Position numbers and translations under genes: made by a program. The notes beneath the pieces are model-generated. The model worked only from the letters and a program-made list of their open reading frames with translations, was not told where the DNA came from and did not search any database. A stretch of 64,000 nucleotides of DNA, from positions 1 to 64,000 of the forward strand of contig CAVXTH010000007.1 in the NCBI GenBank assembly GCA_963764625.1. The letters are read 5' to 3'. Below, one piece after another: positions 37,966 to 47,851 of the stretch (its first letter is position 1; each line of letters opens with the position of its first letter). This DNA comes from Candidatus Krumholzibacteriota bacterium. GTDB taxonomy: Bacteria; Krumholzibacteriota; Krumholzibacteriia; JAJRXK01.

Positions 37966-39511
37966 GTGTTCCCCCGACGCTGCATTGGGCTGTCCCTTCT
38001 CCTGAGCATTCTGATCGTTGCGTTCCCTCGCCTTAACTTCGCCGCGACGCTTCTCGTCCCGAAGACTTTTCGCTCGATGAGGCGCTCGCCAGCGCCGCCC
38101 CGGGCGATACCGTCTCGGTGGCAGGTGGAGCGATCGATCGGGGGTGGTCACCCTGCCTCCGGGGATCGTTCTTCTCTCGCGCGAATCCCAGGGCAATACT
38201 CTGATCCAGCTGCTTGCCTGGAATCTGAGCCTGGCCCTCGAGGTAAGGGGATTTCACTTCGCTCTTTTTCCTGTGCGGATCTTCACATCCAACTGGCACG
38301 GCGTCATCGTGGACAACTCCGAAGTATCGTTCGTCGACTGTCAGTTCATTGGTCCTGGAGTCGTGGGTGGTACTCTCGACGGTTCGGAGTACCCCGGAGT
38401 TGGTGATAGATCGTTTTCCGCTCCAGATCGTCAATGGTTCCACGGTGAGTTTGAATTCCTGTACGTTCCGCATGAATTAATCAATTTCATGTCCTTCCGA
38501 ATGATCCCAGCGCGATCAGTTCCCAGGATTCTTCGCTGGAGATCCTGAATTGCCTATTCGAGGAACAGGATTTCGCGATCGATTCGAATGGTCCCTTGAC
38601 CATCACCGACAGCACCTTTCGCCACTGCAACTGGGCTTTCCTTCGTTCCAGCTGGCCCGCTCTGGATGTTGGGAAACCTCTTCGTGGATTGTGGTCCGTA
38701 CTACTGGGTCGATCGTTACTATTCGACCTCGACCAAGGACCCCTATCCCTACTGCCGGCAGACCAGGAGCATCGTTCTCAGCGGCTCGGTTCATCTCTAT
38801 CGCAACACTTTCGTAGACAATCCAATCCACTTTGGCTTCGATTACTATTGCGATCTGCCCGAGCCCGATCTGCGCCTTCCCCTCGTCACGATCGATTCTT
38901 CTGCCCAGGGCTGGATCCAGCGCAACCTCTTCATCGGTCTCACCGGTCCCGCGGTCGAGGCGCCCGCATCGATCGAGGTGTCGTGCAACGACGCCTGGGA
39001 CGGTTTGGGGCAGTATTGGGTCGGCGGAATCGGCGACGTGACCGGCATCAACGGGAACATCTCCGAGGCGCCGATCTTCTGCGATCGACGCAATGGTGAC
39101 TACACTCTCAGCGTGCAATCTCCGGCCGCCAACGCCGACTGTGGTCTCATGGGTGCTTTTCCCACCAACTGTGATACGAAGTTGGAGATTCCGGCGGACG
39201 GAGGAGACCTTCCGAAGGGGCAGCCGGCGAGCCTGCGGACCCGTTTGCTCGGAGCCGCGCCCAATCCCTTCAACCCGCGTACCGAGATCCGCTTCGAGCT
39301 GGAGCACTCGGGAGACGTGCAGCTGGAGATCTTCGACGTCGCCGGCCGTCTGGTGCGCAGCTGGAGTTGGTCCCAGATGGAAGCCGGGCCTCACGCGGTA
39401 CCGTGGGATGCCCGCGATGCGCACGGGAATGCGGTTGCGAGCGGGGTGTACCACCTGCGGCTCCTGACCGCCGGAAAGGTGATGACTTCGCGCGCGGCGC
39501 TTCTGCGCTGA
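37966..39511 (+). pseudogene. frameshifted secreted right-handed beta-helix protein with FlgD-Ig/T9SS-like CTD
   Basis: Signal peptide ending AATLLVP; EALASAAPGDTVSVAGG and VTLPPGIVLLS fall in successive shifted frames; intact 3' ORF 38666-39511 with SCNDAW..NGNISEAPIFC and PNPFNP CTD. Confidence 0.65.
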
Positions 39512-39567
39512 GTGAGGTCGTCTGCTGTCGCAGGGAAGCGCGAGCGGTATCGGGAGTGGCCCCGTCC

Positions 39568-41296
39568 TCAGGGCTGCTGGGCCTTCTGGACGGCGGCACG
39601 CAAGAGCGGCGCCCAGCCATCGTCGGGACCGAGCTGCTCGTAGCGCTGCAGTAGCCTCTCCGCGGTTTCCACTTCGTGCAGGGCGAGCGCCACTTGGATC
39701 TCGTCATAGAGCGCACGGAGATAGTGTGGCGAGGAGCTTTCCACTCTCTTCAACAGCGCTTCGGATCGTCGCAGGTGAGCAGTTCGTTCCGCTTCACTCT
39801 GCGCCTTCAAGGAACGCTGATACTCCACGATCGCCAGACCGATGAGGGCTTCGCCGTTGAGGGGATCGTGCTGGAGCGACTCCCGATAGTTCTGCTCGGC
39901 CAGATCCAGTTTCCCTCGCGCCAATTTGAGATGCGCCAGGGCATTGCTCGTTCCGACTGGATCGACTCCGCGGCTGCGTTGCAGGATGAGGGTTTCCTCG
40001 GCCGCCAGCATCTGCGCCTCGCTGGCGCCACTCGTCGCTGCCGCGGCGATTCCCGGGGGCCTCCCGGGAGAAATCCTGCGCCAGGCGAAGGGGCGCGGCC
40101 ACTCCGCTCGGGTACTGAAGATGGAGCTCCTCGGGAGCCACCGGCTGGGTGGTCTCGCCGAGAATCGGATCGGGGAGCTTCGAGCGCAGAAGGGGGGAAA
40201 CGGCGATGAACAGGACCGCCGCGGTCGCCAGGAGAACTTCAAGGGTTCGAGGCCGGGGCCAGCGCGGGAAGTTGACGACTGCCGAGGAGCTTCTCCGTTG
40301 GGCTCGCGCCAAGAGAGCAGCGTAGTACGCCGGGATGTCCTCCTCGTGGAGGTGTCCCCACTGCTTGGGATCCAAGGGGGCATCCAGGAGAGCGACGACT
40401 TCGGCCAAGGCACGACGGGCGTTCGCGTCGCGGCTCAGCAACTCCATGCGACGTGCGGTCGTCGTCTCGTCCAGCTCTCCCAGCACGAACCCGAGGATCT
40501 CCTCGGAATCACGCCACCCATCGCCGGAGGGACCCCCGGGCTCAAAGTGGCCGTCATCGATCGAACGGGAACGAGCGCCGGGTCCTCCAAAATGCCTTTG
40601 GAGGACCATGCGACCCCGCTCGATCACTTTCTCCACGCCGCCCCGGCTCAATTCGAAGCTGGCGATCGAGGCAATGCGCGCGGCAGAGAGCTGTTCCATG
40701 AACGCCAGGTTGCAGATGGCGATGTCCCGTTCACACGTGGAATGTTCACTCCAGTTCTTACGCAGAATCGGAGTGATCTGCTCTTTGATCTGCTGTACGT
40801 GAGTCCAGTTGTCGGGAGTCATCGCGCCGTCTTCGACCTGCGCGAGAACGAATTCGAGCCTATCTCCATCCAGCTGTGCGATTCTGGGACGCTTGATCCT
40901 GCTTTTCGCGTTGAGTCTGTCCCGCACCGTGTTTACGGCGGTCTGCCGCAAATACATGTGAAATTCGCCTTCACTGCGATTCGGGTGCTCGCGGAGGTGC
41001 TTTCGATCGTCGCGCAAGAGTTTGACCCAGCTTTCTTGGCCGACATCCTCGACGTCTTCAAGGGTGTACTTGCCGGGCGCGAGAAGGTGGAAGGTCCCTC
41101 GCGCGGCCTTTCGTACCACCGGATGGAAGCGGCGGATGAGCTCGTTCCATGCCCCCTGGTCCTTCGACTCGACGCAACGCGCGTACAGAGTTGAAAAGGG
41201 GGTGTCCTTGCCGCAGTCCACGCTGGCTCCCACGAGAAGACGATTGTGTTCATTCCCGGAAGAAGCCAGTTTGCTGGCAGACTCAGGGGCCGTCAA
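39568..41296 (-). CDS. ECF sigma factor fused to anti-sigma-like domain, TM helix and TPR domain (frameshift near 40010-40070)
   Basis: Region 2 (AWNELIRRF..EDVEDVGQE..YLRQTAVNTVRD), region 4 (ERDIAI..LSAARIA..VEKVIERGR), EEILGFVLGEL helix, TM LLATAAVLFIAV; TPRs continue in the overlapping frame ending 39568. Confidence 0.7.
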
Positions 41297-41398
41297 GACG
41301 GGCCCTGGTCATTGCCTCTACACTCAAGACGAGAATACGTGGATAATTCCTAGTGAGTTTTCGGTTTTATCCAGATCCCGCGATCAACGCATGAGGAC

Positions 41399-44300
41399 AT
41401 GGCCATTCATTCCAACCCGAGAGCCGCCTGGCCGTCTCCAAGGCCTCTTTCCCTCGCTCTGCTTTGCGGGGCCTTGGTCCTTTTCTTGGCCTGCGCGGCT
41501 CACCCCGAAGAGACAGATCTTCCCGGGCCCTATACTCCGCTGCTGCCCCCCGAGTCCTTGGCGCAGGCCTCTGGGGCTTCGGGGAGTCAGGAGGAATCCG
41601 AGGGGATCCTCGACGCCCTGACGGCCCGGACCGCGACGCAGCCGCAGAGCTTTTCCAACTGGACTCACACGGTGATTTTGCAGCTCTCGTTGCAGCGGCC
41701 GCTGGGAGCGTTGCGGACTCTGGAGCGCGCGCGAAGCCTTGAGTGGTCCCCGGAGCAGAGCGCCCAACTGGACTTTCTAAAGGCGGCGGCCGAGGTGGCC
41801 GTCGAGCCTCTGGAGGATGACGCACTCATCGGAGAGGAACATCTGGATCGCGCCCAAACGATCTTTCGACGCCTGCACTCACGCCCGGACATGGAGTTGC
41901 CCGCCTCGTTCGGTCTGGCGTGGATCTCGTGCGAGATGGGTCATCCCTCGGCGGCGCGAGAACTCCTCGAATCGAAGACCGACTTTCCCCCGCGGGCGGC
42001 GCAGCGTTTGTGGGAGGCCATGGTGCGTGCCTGCGGCTCCACCATGGACAGTTGGTTGCCCCACTTCGAACGAGCCCGCGCGGAGAACGATCGCGCGAAG
42101 CTCTCGGCCGCCGCCCGTCTGGCGCCCGGTCCCTACCTTCTCTATCTGCAGCAAGCGTTGGATGCCCCCATCGAAGAGGGCCTCTCCCTGGGCCGGGGTG
42201 GGCGCGCCGTGGATTTCTCCGCCGTCGATTCCCTCTTGAAGAGAGTGGAGCCTCCTTTTCCCGGCGCGTACTCGGGAGTTCGTGCCCGCATGCAGACCAT
42301 CCGAGGTCTCGATGGGCACGAGGGGTTGAGAGCTCTTTCGCTGGTGAGAGCGCTCCATCGCTTCGATGCCACCTTTGCCGACAAAGAGCTTGTGTGGCAA
42401 CGGCGCTGTGAGCTGGCGGTGCAGCTCTCCGAAGGCAGGGCCGATTCGTGTGAGGCCATGGGACTATGGTATCTGGCGGGACGCTGGCATTGGGGGCGTG
42501 GATTCGCCCAGGCGCAGCTCGGTCGACCCCTGGAGCAGGTTAAGGAATACGAAGCCGCGCTCGAGGCGGCCAAGAGACTCACTGACGCCGCATATCTTTC
42601 CAAAACGGCGTTCAATCTCTTCATGGTATGCGACGAAACCGCCAAGCAAGCGCAGCGCCTGGAGCTTCTTCCCATGCTGGTGAAGCTCGCGGAACAGAAG
42701 GGCGTCTCGGTTGCGGAGGTGGAAGTGGCCGAAGGAAGGGCGTACGAGGATCTCGGTGATCTCGAAAAGGCGTGGCGGATTACGACGAACGCGTATCGAG
42801 AGAGCCGTCGTCACGGAGCTCCTTACACTCAGATCACGGCGCTTTCGAATCTGGCGGGGCTGGCTCTTCGGCGGAATGAAAATGAAACGGCCTCGCGCTA
42901 CGCGCGTGCGATCCTCGCGCGGACTCGACCGGAAGATCTCCCGCCGCGTCTGCCCTCGTATGGAGAAGGTATTCTCGCGATGCGCACCTGGGCCATGCTG
43001 GATCTCGGCAAGGCTCTGCCCCCGAATGACCCGGAGCGCTTGAAGTGGTACGAGAGCGCCGAAAGCTCGGCTCGCGGACAGGAACAGTACGCGCAGCTGC
43101 TCCACATCCGATTGGCCAGGGCCGAAGAGTATCTGGACGAAAACGACCTGTTCGCCGCCACCAAGACGCTTGCTTCCGCGCGTGCGCTCGCCTTGCGCCA
43201 CGACTACGAGTACGGACTCTGGAGGGTCGACGCGCTCCAGGCTCGCTGCGAGAAATTGGCGGGAGACTACCAGGCAGCCGCGCGTAGCTACGATGCCGCT
43301 CTGCGGGGTTTGGAGGGGATCAGCGAACACATCAACAATGCGGAGCACCGGGCCGGGTTCCTCTTACCCGCCTCGAGGGTCTTTCAGGACGCGATTACGC
43401 TCTTGCGCGGGCCCCTGCACGATCCGTCCACGGCGTATGCCGTCGACGAGCGAGCGCGGGCACGAGCTCTCCTTCAGAGAGTCAGCGGGAAGGTCTCGGG
43501 TTCGCAGCTTCGCAGCGCCGCCGAAGTTTGCTCCAGTTTGCGGGACGATCAGGTGCTACTCCAATACCGCGTTCATGAGGATGGAATCGATCTCTGGATT
43601 CTGACTTCCACCGGGATTCGCCTCGAGGAGATCGCGCAAAAGGAGAGCGAGCTTCAAGAGAACATCCAGCGTTGGCGGACCGAAATCGGGCGAGGCTTCA
43701 CCAGTAGCTTGGGAGCGAAGCTAGGTTCGCTTCTGTTGACCCCGGCCGCCGGTGAGTTGGCGGTCAGCGATCAGGTCGTCGTCGTCACGGACGAACCGCT
43801 GAGCCGCGTACCCTTCGCGTTGCTGCGACTCGATGGCGAGTACCTCCTCCAGCGCCACGCCGTTTCGTGTGAACTGAGCGGAAGTATCCGCTGCGCCCTG
43901 ATGGAAAGAAAACCGCTCGGCCCGAAAGAGGGTGTCCTGGCGGTAGGCTACGGTGGTGGTACGGCCGCGCAGACACTGCACCTGCGGGAGCTTCCTTTCG
44001 TGGAATCCGAGGCAAGCCTGGTGGCGGGGTTGGCGTCCAGTAGCCGGCTGCTCCTGGGCGAACACGCCACCGCCGACAGTGTGGCCGCGTTGTTGCCCGA
44101 GGCGGGCATACTTCATCTCGCGGCGCATGCCGGACTCGATGCGTTTGGTGAACCGTTTTTGCTGCTGGCGCCCCGAAAGGATGGGGATGGACTCGTTCAT
44201 GGAGAGCAGCTCTCCGCTTGGCCTCTAAACAAGGTGTCGTTGGTGACTCTAGCCGGTTGCGAGACAGCGCGACTCGGCTCATCCGAAGTACAGGGTGATC

Positions 44301-44530
44301 TCTCCTCTCTGGGCGTTTCCGTTTTTGCAGGGGGAAGTCGGGATCTAATCGCGTCTTTATGGAGTGTGGGGGACGACTCGACCATGAGACTCATGGCCTT
44401 GTTCTATCGAGAACTGTTCGAATCTCGTCGTTCTCCGGTTCAAGCACTCCGACACGCTCAGTTGGAATTGGCAGGCTCGGACGGGGCTTTGGAGCGTGAG
44501 TGGGGCGCGTTTTGTTTCTTCGGCCCTTGA
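41399..44530 (+). CDS. TPR-CHAT domain caspase-like protease with N-terminal export signal
   Basis: ERARARALL, LLLTP, PLSRVPFALL, ELPFVESEA, LHLAAHA (His), LAGCETA (Cys), ASLWSVGD, ALRHAQL, WGAF; helical repeats upstream. Confidence 0.92.
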   Translation: MAIHSNPRAAWPSPRPLSLALLCGALVLFLACAAHPEETDLPGPYTPLLPPESLAQASGASGSQEESEGILDALTARTATQPQSFSNWTHTVILQLSLQRPLGALRTLERARSLEWSPEQSAQLDFLKAAAEVAVEPLEDDALIGEEHLDRAQTIFRRLHSRPDMELPASFGLAWISCEMGHPSAARELLESKTDFPPRAAQRLWEAMVRACGSTMDSWLPHFERARAENDRAKLSAAARLAPGPYLLYLQQALDAPIEEGLSLGRGGRAVDFSAVDSLLKRVEPPFPGAYSGVRARMQTIRGLDGHEGLRALSLVRALHRFDATFADKELVWQRRCELAVQLSEGRADSCEAMGLWYLAGRWHWGRGFAQAQLGRPLEQVKEYEAALEAAKRLTDAAYLSKTAFNLFMVCDETAKQAQRLELLPMLVKLAEQKGVSVAEVEVAEGRAYEDLGDLEKAWRITTNAYRESRRHGAPYTQITALSNLAGLALRRNENETASRYARAILARTRPEDLPPRLPSYGEGILAMRTWAMLDLGKALPPNDPERLKWYESAESSARGQEQYAQLLHIRLARAEEYLDENDLFAATKTLASARALALRHDYEYGLWRVDALQARCEKLAGDYQAAARSYDAALRGLEGISEHINNAEHRAGFLLPASRVFQDAITLLRGPLHDPSTAYAVDERARARALLQRVSGKVSGSQLRSAAEVCSSLRDDQVLLQYRVHEDGIDLWILTSTGIRLEEIAQKESELQENIQRWRTEIGRGFTSSLGAKLGSLLLTPAAGELAVSDQVVVVTDEPLSRVPFALLRLDGEYLLQRHAVSCELSGSIRCALMERKPLGPKEGVLAVGYGGGTAAQTLHLRELPFVESEASLVAGLASSSRLLLGEHATADSVAALLPEAGILHLAAHAGLDAFGEPFLLLAPRKDGDGLVHGEQLSAWPLNKVSLVTLAGCETARLGSSEVQGDLSSLGVSVFAGGSRDLIASLWSVGDDSTMRLMALFYRELFESRRSPVQALRHAQLELAGSDGALEREWGAFCFFGP

Positions 44531-44553
44531 CCCCTCGTTTCAGGAGGCGCGCG

Positions 44554-45219
44554 ATGAGCCACTTCAAGGCCTGCAATCTAGAAAAGGACAATGCGGCACT
44601 TCCCGGATCCATGGAAAATTCCTGTCTTTCGGTGCGCACCGGCAAGATGTCCTTCATTCAGTTCGGTTTCCGTCAAGATCCAGGTGCGAAGGTAACAGGC
44701 AAGTTTCAATCGGATAAAGTGGTCCTCCTGGTGCTCAACGACCACCGTAATGTCCAGTACCAGATCGAGAACGGGAACGAGGTCCTCGATCTGAGCTCAC
44801 AGCAGCTGAAGGATCACGTCTGCATCCTGTGGCCAAAAGGCAAGACGGTGCCCGTCGAGCTCTCACCCGAATACCTCTTTGGACACCGTTCGCCGGACAC
44901 CAGGGGACAGGGCGAACGGATCTGGCCCCGCGAGTCCTACACGGACGATCAGGGGATCCGCAGAGACTGGGATTCGGCCCTGGTCTTCCGGGACCCTTCG
45001 AACCAGTACGCCTACGAGTATCGAACCGGCGCCGACGGGTGCACCGACGATTACCGCTTCGCCCTCGAGTCGGAGGAGATCGTCGCGTGGCTCTGGAAAA
45101 AGGATGAGAGCGCGCCGAAGCTCCTGCTTCCGGAGGGACAGACCGTGACCCGCGCCCTGCAGGCCGAGAGCGGTGGCGCCCAGGGAGAAGGAGGCGCTTT
45201 GCCTTACCCTCCGGGCTAG
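44554..45219 (+). CDS. hypothetical protein downstream of the CHAT protease
   Basis: Strong RBS aggagg before ATG 44554; 221-aa ORF that fills the gap between the CHAT and S8-like genes. Confidence 0.72.
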   Translation: MSHFKACNLEKDNAALPGSMENSCLSVRTGKMSFIQFGFRQDPGAKVTGKFQSDKVVLLVLNDHRNVQYQIENGNEVLDLSSQQLKDHVCILWPKGKTVPVELSPEYLFGHRSPDTRGQGERIWPRESYTDDQGIRRDWDSALVFRDPSNQYAYEYRTGADGCTDDYRFALESEEIVAWLWKKDESAPKLLLPEGQTVTRALQAESGGAQGEGGALPYPPG

Positions 45220-45228
45220 AGCGAGGCC

Positions 45229-46659
45229 ATGCCGTCGCCCGCGAGCGAGGGGAAAGCGGCGCTGCTGGTTCAGGGGTACTGGCGCACCGGGTCTTCGGCG
45301 CCGCCCGCTTCCCGCGCGAAGTTGCTTCGAGAATGCTCAGGTATTTCCACGGACTTGAGCGAGAGGATTCAGGCCTCGCTGCCCTCGGCCTCGGTAGAGG
45401 GTAGCCTGGCCCTTGCGCCGCTCTTGTACGTCCGATGTGACGCCGCAAAAACGGCGGGCTTCGTCGAGGAACTTCGTGGCTGGAAGCAAGTCGAGCGCGT
45501 CGAGGAAGTCCTCCCCGAACCAAAGAACGCGAGGCCGGCTCTTGTTCCGCTTGCTCCACGTCTTTTGAACTCGGAGTTGATCGTCGGCTTCGCGGATATC
45601 GGCACACCCGACCTCCGCTCTCCGCTCCTTCGTTCTCTGCTCCCGCGCTTCGATGGAGCCCCCTCTTTCGATTTCCACGGGGAGGGCTTGCGAGGCGGTC
45701 ATCCCACGGCGGTTCTTGCCTGCTTCCTTGAGGCCCTCCAAACGGACGACTTTCCTCGCTGTGTTTTCGAGAGTCTCAGTCTTGACGCGGGACCCTTCGC
45801 CTGGCTCGCGGCTCTGGACCGACTGCTCTGCCGCGGAGCGGCCGTCGTCAACTTGAGCTACGGTCGTCTTCCCCTCGAACGAGAAATGGGGTGGGGTGGC
45901 CTCGCGTGGGGCACCGAGCTCTTGTGCCGAAGCAGTGGTGCCGTCGTCGTTGCCGCCGCGGGACGGCTCGATACCGAATTGCGCCTGGGGCAGCATCTCT
46001 ATTTGCCCGCTTCCGCTCCGCACGTGCTGGTCGCCGACGAGAGGGGGCGCACGGGCGCGGGCCGTGCGAGGGGCGAGGGGGAGAAAGTCCTTCTTGCCTC
46101 CCGAGCCAATCCTACCGGAGGACGGCCCGGATCCTCCTACTCCACGCCGCGCATCGTCGCACGGGTGGTAGATGCCCTTCGCGTGCTTGGCGAGCCCGCG
46201 CGCGATTACGAGTCGCTCGTGGCCCTTCTGCTCGCCTCGGCGCGCCCCCATGCTTCGGACTCTCTCAGTCCCGGCTCTCCCGATCGAAAACGCCTGCGGC
46301 GAATCGTGGCGACCGGGAGTCTCATCACCGGCACCTCAAGCCGGAGCCTGGAGCTTCCTCGTTCGGTGGGGATTCCCCTCCGCCTTGCGATCGCCTGGCG
46401 GGATTCCGGACAACAGGCGCGACTCATCGCTCCCTCGTGCCGACGCCTCTACCGGCTCCGCCGGGCCGCGCAGTGGATGGTCATGGACTTTCTCCCCGGC
46501 GATTCCCGGCTCCACGTGCTCCGAGTCGGCGGCCGGTGGACGGCGGCCTGGTTGCCTCTGACGAAGGGTGATCTCTCGTGCTTGCGAAGCGCCAAGCCGC
46601 GTTCTGGCGAGCGATCTCTACCGCTTGGGGCGGCGCTCCCGCGCCCAGCAGCATTCTGA
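45229..46659 (+). CDS. divergent S8 (subtilisin-like) peptidase
   Basis: Ordered motifs VGFADIG (Asp), GGHPTAV (His), VVNLSYG, VVVAAAG, PASAPHVL, GSSYSTP (Ser), LRLAIAW. Confidence 0.65.
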   Translation: MPSPASEGKAALLVQGYWRTGSSAPPASRAKLLRECSGISTDLSERIQASLPSASVEGSLALAPLLYVRCDAAKTAGFVEELRGWKQVERVEEVLPEPKNARPALVPLAPRLLNSELIVGFADIGTPDLRSPLLRSLLPRFDGAPSFDFHGEGLRGGHPTAVLACFLEALQTDDFPRCVFESLSLDAGPFAWLAALDRLLCRGAAVVNLSYGRLPLEREMGWGGLAWGTELLCRSSGAVVVAAAGRLDTELRLGQHLYLPASAPHVLVADERGRTGAGRARGEGEKVLLASRANPTGGRPGSSYSTPRIVARVVDALRVLGEPARDYESLVALLLASARPHASDSLSPGSPDRKRLRRIVATGSLITGTSSRSLELPRSVGIPLRLAIAWRDSGQQARLIAPSCRRLYRLRRAAQWMVMDFLPGDSRLHVLRVGGRWTAAWLPLTKGDLSCLRSAKPRSGERSLPLGAALPRPAAF

Positions 46660-46717
46660 GCTTTTCTCCTCCGTCGAAGCGGGCCATATTCACCTGAGTC
46701 TCAATCAGGGAGTGATC

Positions 46718-47740
46718 ATGGTGCGCAAGCCGGTTGTTCTGGTGACGGGGGCCAACGGCGAGATCGGCCACGGTCTCATCGAGAGAATCGCCCGTGAGGG
46801 GGATAAGGACGTGCTCGCGGTCGATCTCCTACCTCTCGACGAAGAGCTACGCACCTTCTGTCATGACGCGTTCGTGGGCAGCATTCTCGATACCCACCTG
46901 ACCGAGCGTATCGTCAGCCAGTACGAAGTGGTGGAGATCTACCATCTGGCCGCCCTGCTTTCCACCCGAGCAGAATTCACTCCGGAAACGGCGCACCAGG
47001 TGAACGTCGAGGGTACTCTGGGGCTTCTGCAGCTGGCGCTCGAGCAATCGAGCTGGCGTGGGGAAGCGGTGAAATTTCTCTTTCCCAGTTCGATCGCGGT
47101 CTACGGCCTGCCGGACTTGAAGACCAAAGTACGTGCGGGACGCGTGAAGGAACACGAGTGGATCGCGCCCACCACCATGTACGGATGCAACAAGCTCTAC
47201 TGCGAGGCGTTGGGCCGTTACTTCTCGCGCTACTACCGCCAGCTTGCCTCAGAGCCGGATCAACGCACCGTCGACTTCCGCAGCATCCGTTTTCCCGGCC
47301 TCATCTCCGCGGTCACCCTGCCCAGCGGAGGAACCAGCGACTTCGCGCCCGAGATGCTTCACGCCGCCGCCAAGGGCGAGTCCTACGCATGTTTCGTTCG
47401 GGAGGATACCACCATCCCCTTCATGGCCATGCCCGACGCGGTGGACGCAATCCTGGCGCTGACCGAGGCCCCGCGGGAAAGCCTGCGCCATTCGGTGTAC
47501 AACATCTCCTCCTTCGCGGTCAGCGCCGGAGAACTGGCGCAGAAGGTGCGCGAGTACTACGCCAACGCGAATATCTCCTTCGTGCCCGACTTGAAACGGC
47601 AGGGCATCGTGGACACCTGGCCGATGGATACGAACGACGAGGCGGCGCGCCAGGATTGGGGATTCGACCCCCACTTCGGTTTCGATCAATCGTTCACCGA
47701 ATATCTCGTGCCCGCGATGCGCGAACTCTACGCTCGTTGA
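46718..47740 (+). CDS. NAD-dependent epimerase/dehydratase family protein (L-threonine 3-dehydrogenase-like)
   Basis: TGANGEIG, YHLAALLS, PSSIAVYG, PTTMYGCNK, RFPGLIS, GGTSDFA. Confidence 0.9.
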   Translation: MVRKPVVLVTGANGEIGHGLIERIAREGDKDVLAVDLLPLDEELRTFCHDAFVGSILDTHLTERIVSQYEVVEIYHLAALLSTRAEFTPETAHQVNVEGTLGLLQLALEQSSWRGEAVKFLFPSSIAVYGLPDLKTKVRAGRVKEHEWIAPTTMYGCNKLYCEALGRYFSRYYRQLASEPDQRTVDFRSIRFPGLISAVTLPSGGTSDFAPEMLHAAAKGESYACFVREDTTIPFMAMPDAVDAILALTEAPRESLRHSVYNISSFAVSAGELAQKVREYYANANISFVPDLKRQGIVDTWPMDTNDEAARQDWGFDPHFGFDQSFTEYLVPAMRELYAR

Positions 47741-47851
47741 GCGCCTGCTCTGGCCCAAACTTGCGCCTGTTCTCGAGCTCTCCCGCTACCTACTTTGGAG
47801 CGCGGTAACGCGTTCTCAACGCGCGTATAGATAGCTTGGCGCAGGAGGATA

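Larger units (their letters stand above)
37431..39511 (+). repeat. imperfect direct repeat pair, 37431-37812 and 39126-39511
   Basis: Both copies start ccgccaacgccgactg and share long identical stretches (gcagctggagttgg; gggaatgcggttgcgagcggggtgtaccacctgcggct); first copy is 4 nt shorter. Confidence 0.85.

Noticed and set aside
41399-44530. Type III-E CRISPR (Craspase) locus
   Set aside because: No cas genes or repeat-spacer array anywhere in the window
44554-45219. Bacterial gasdermin next to the CHAT protease
   Set aside because: Size, an early Cys and a C-terminal tail are suggestive, but I see none of the gasdermin-like sequence pattern; it cannot be supported without a structure search
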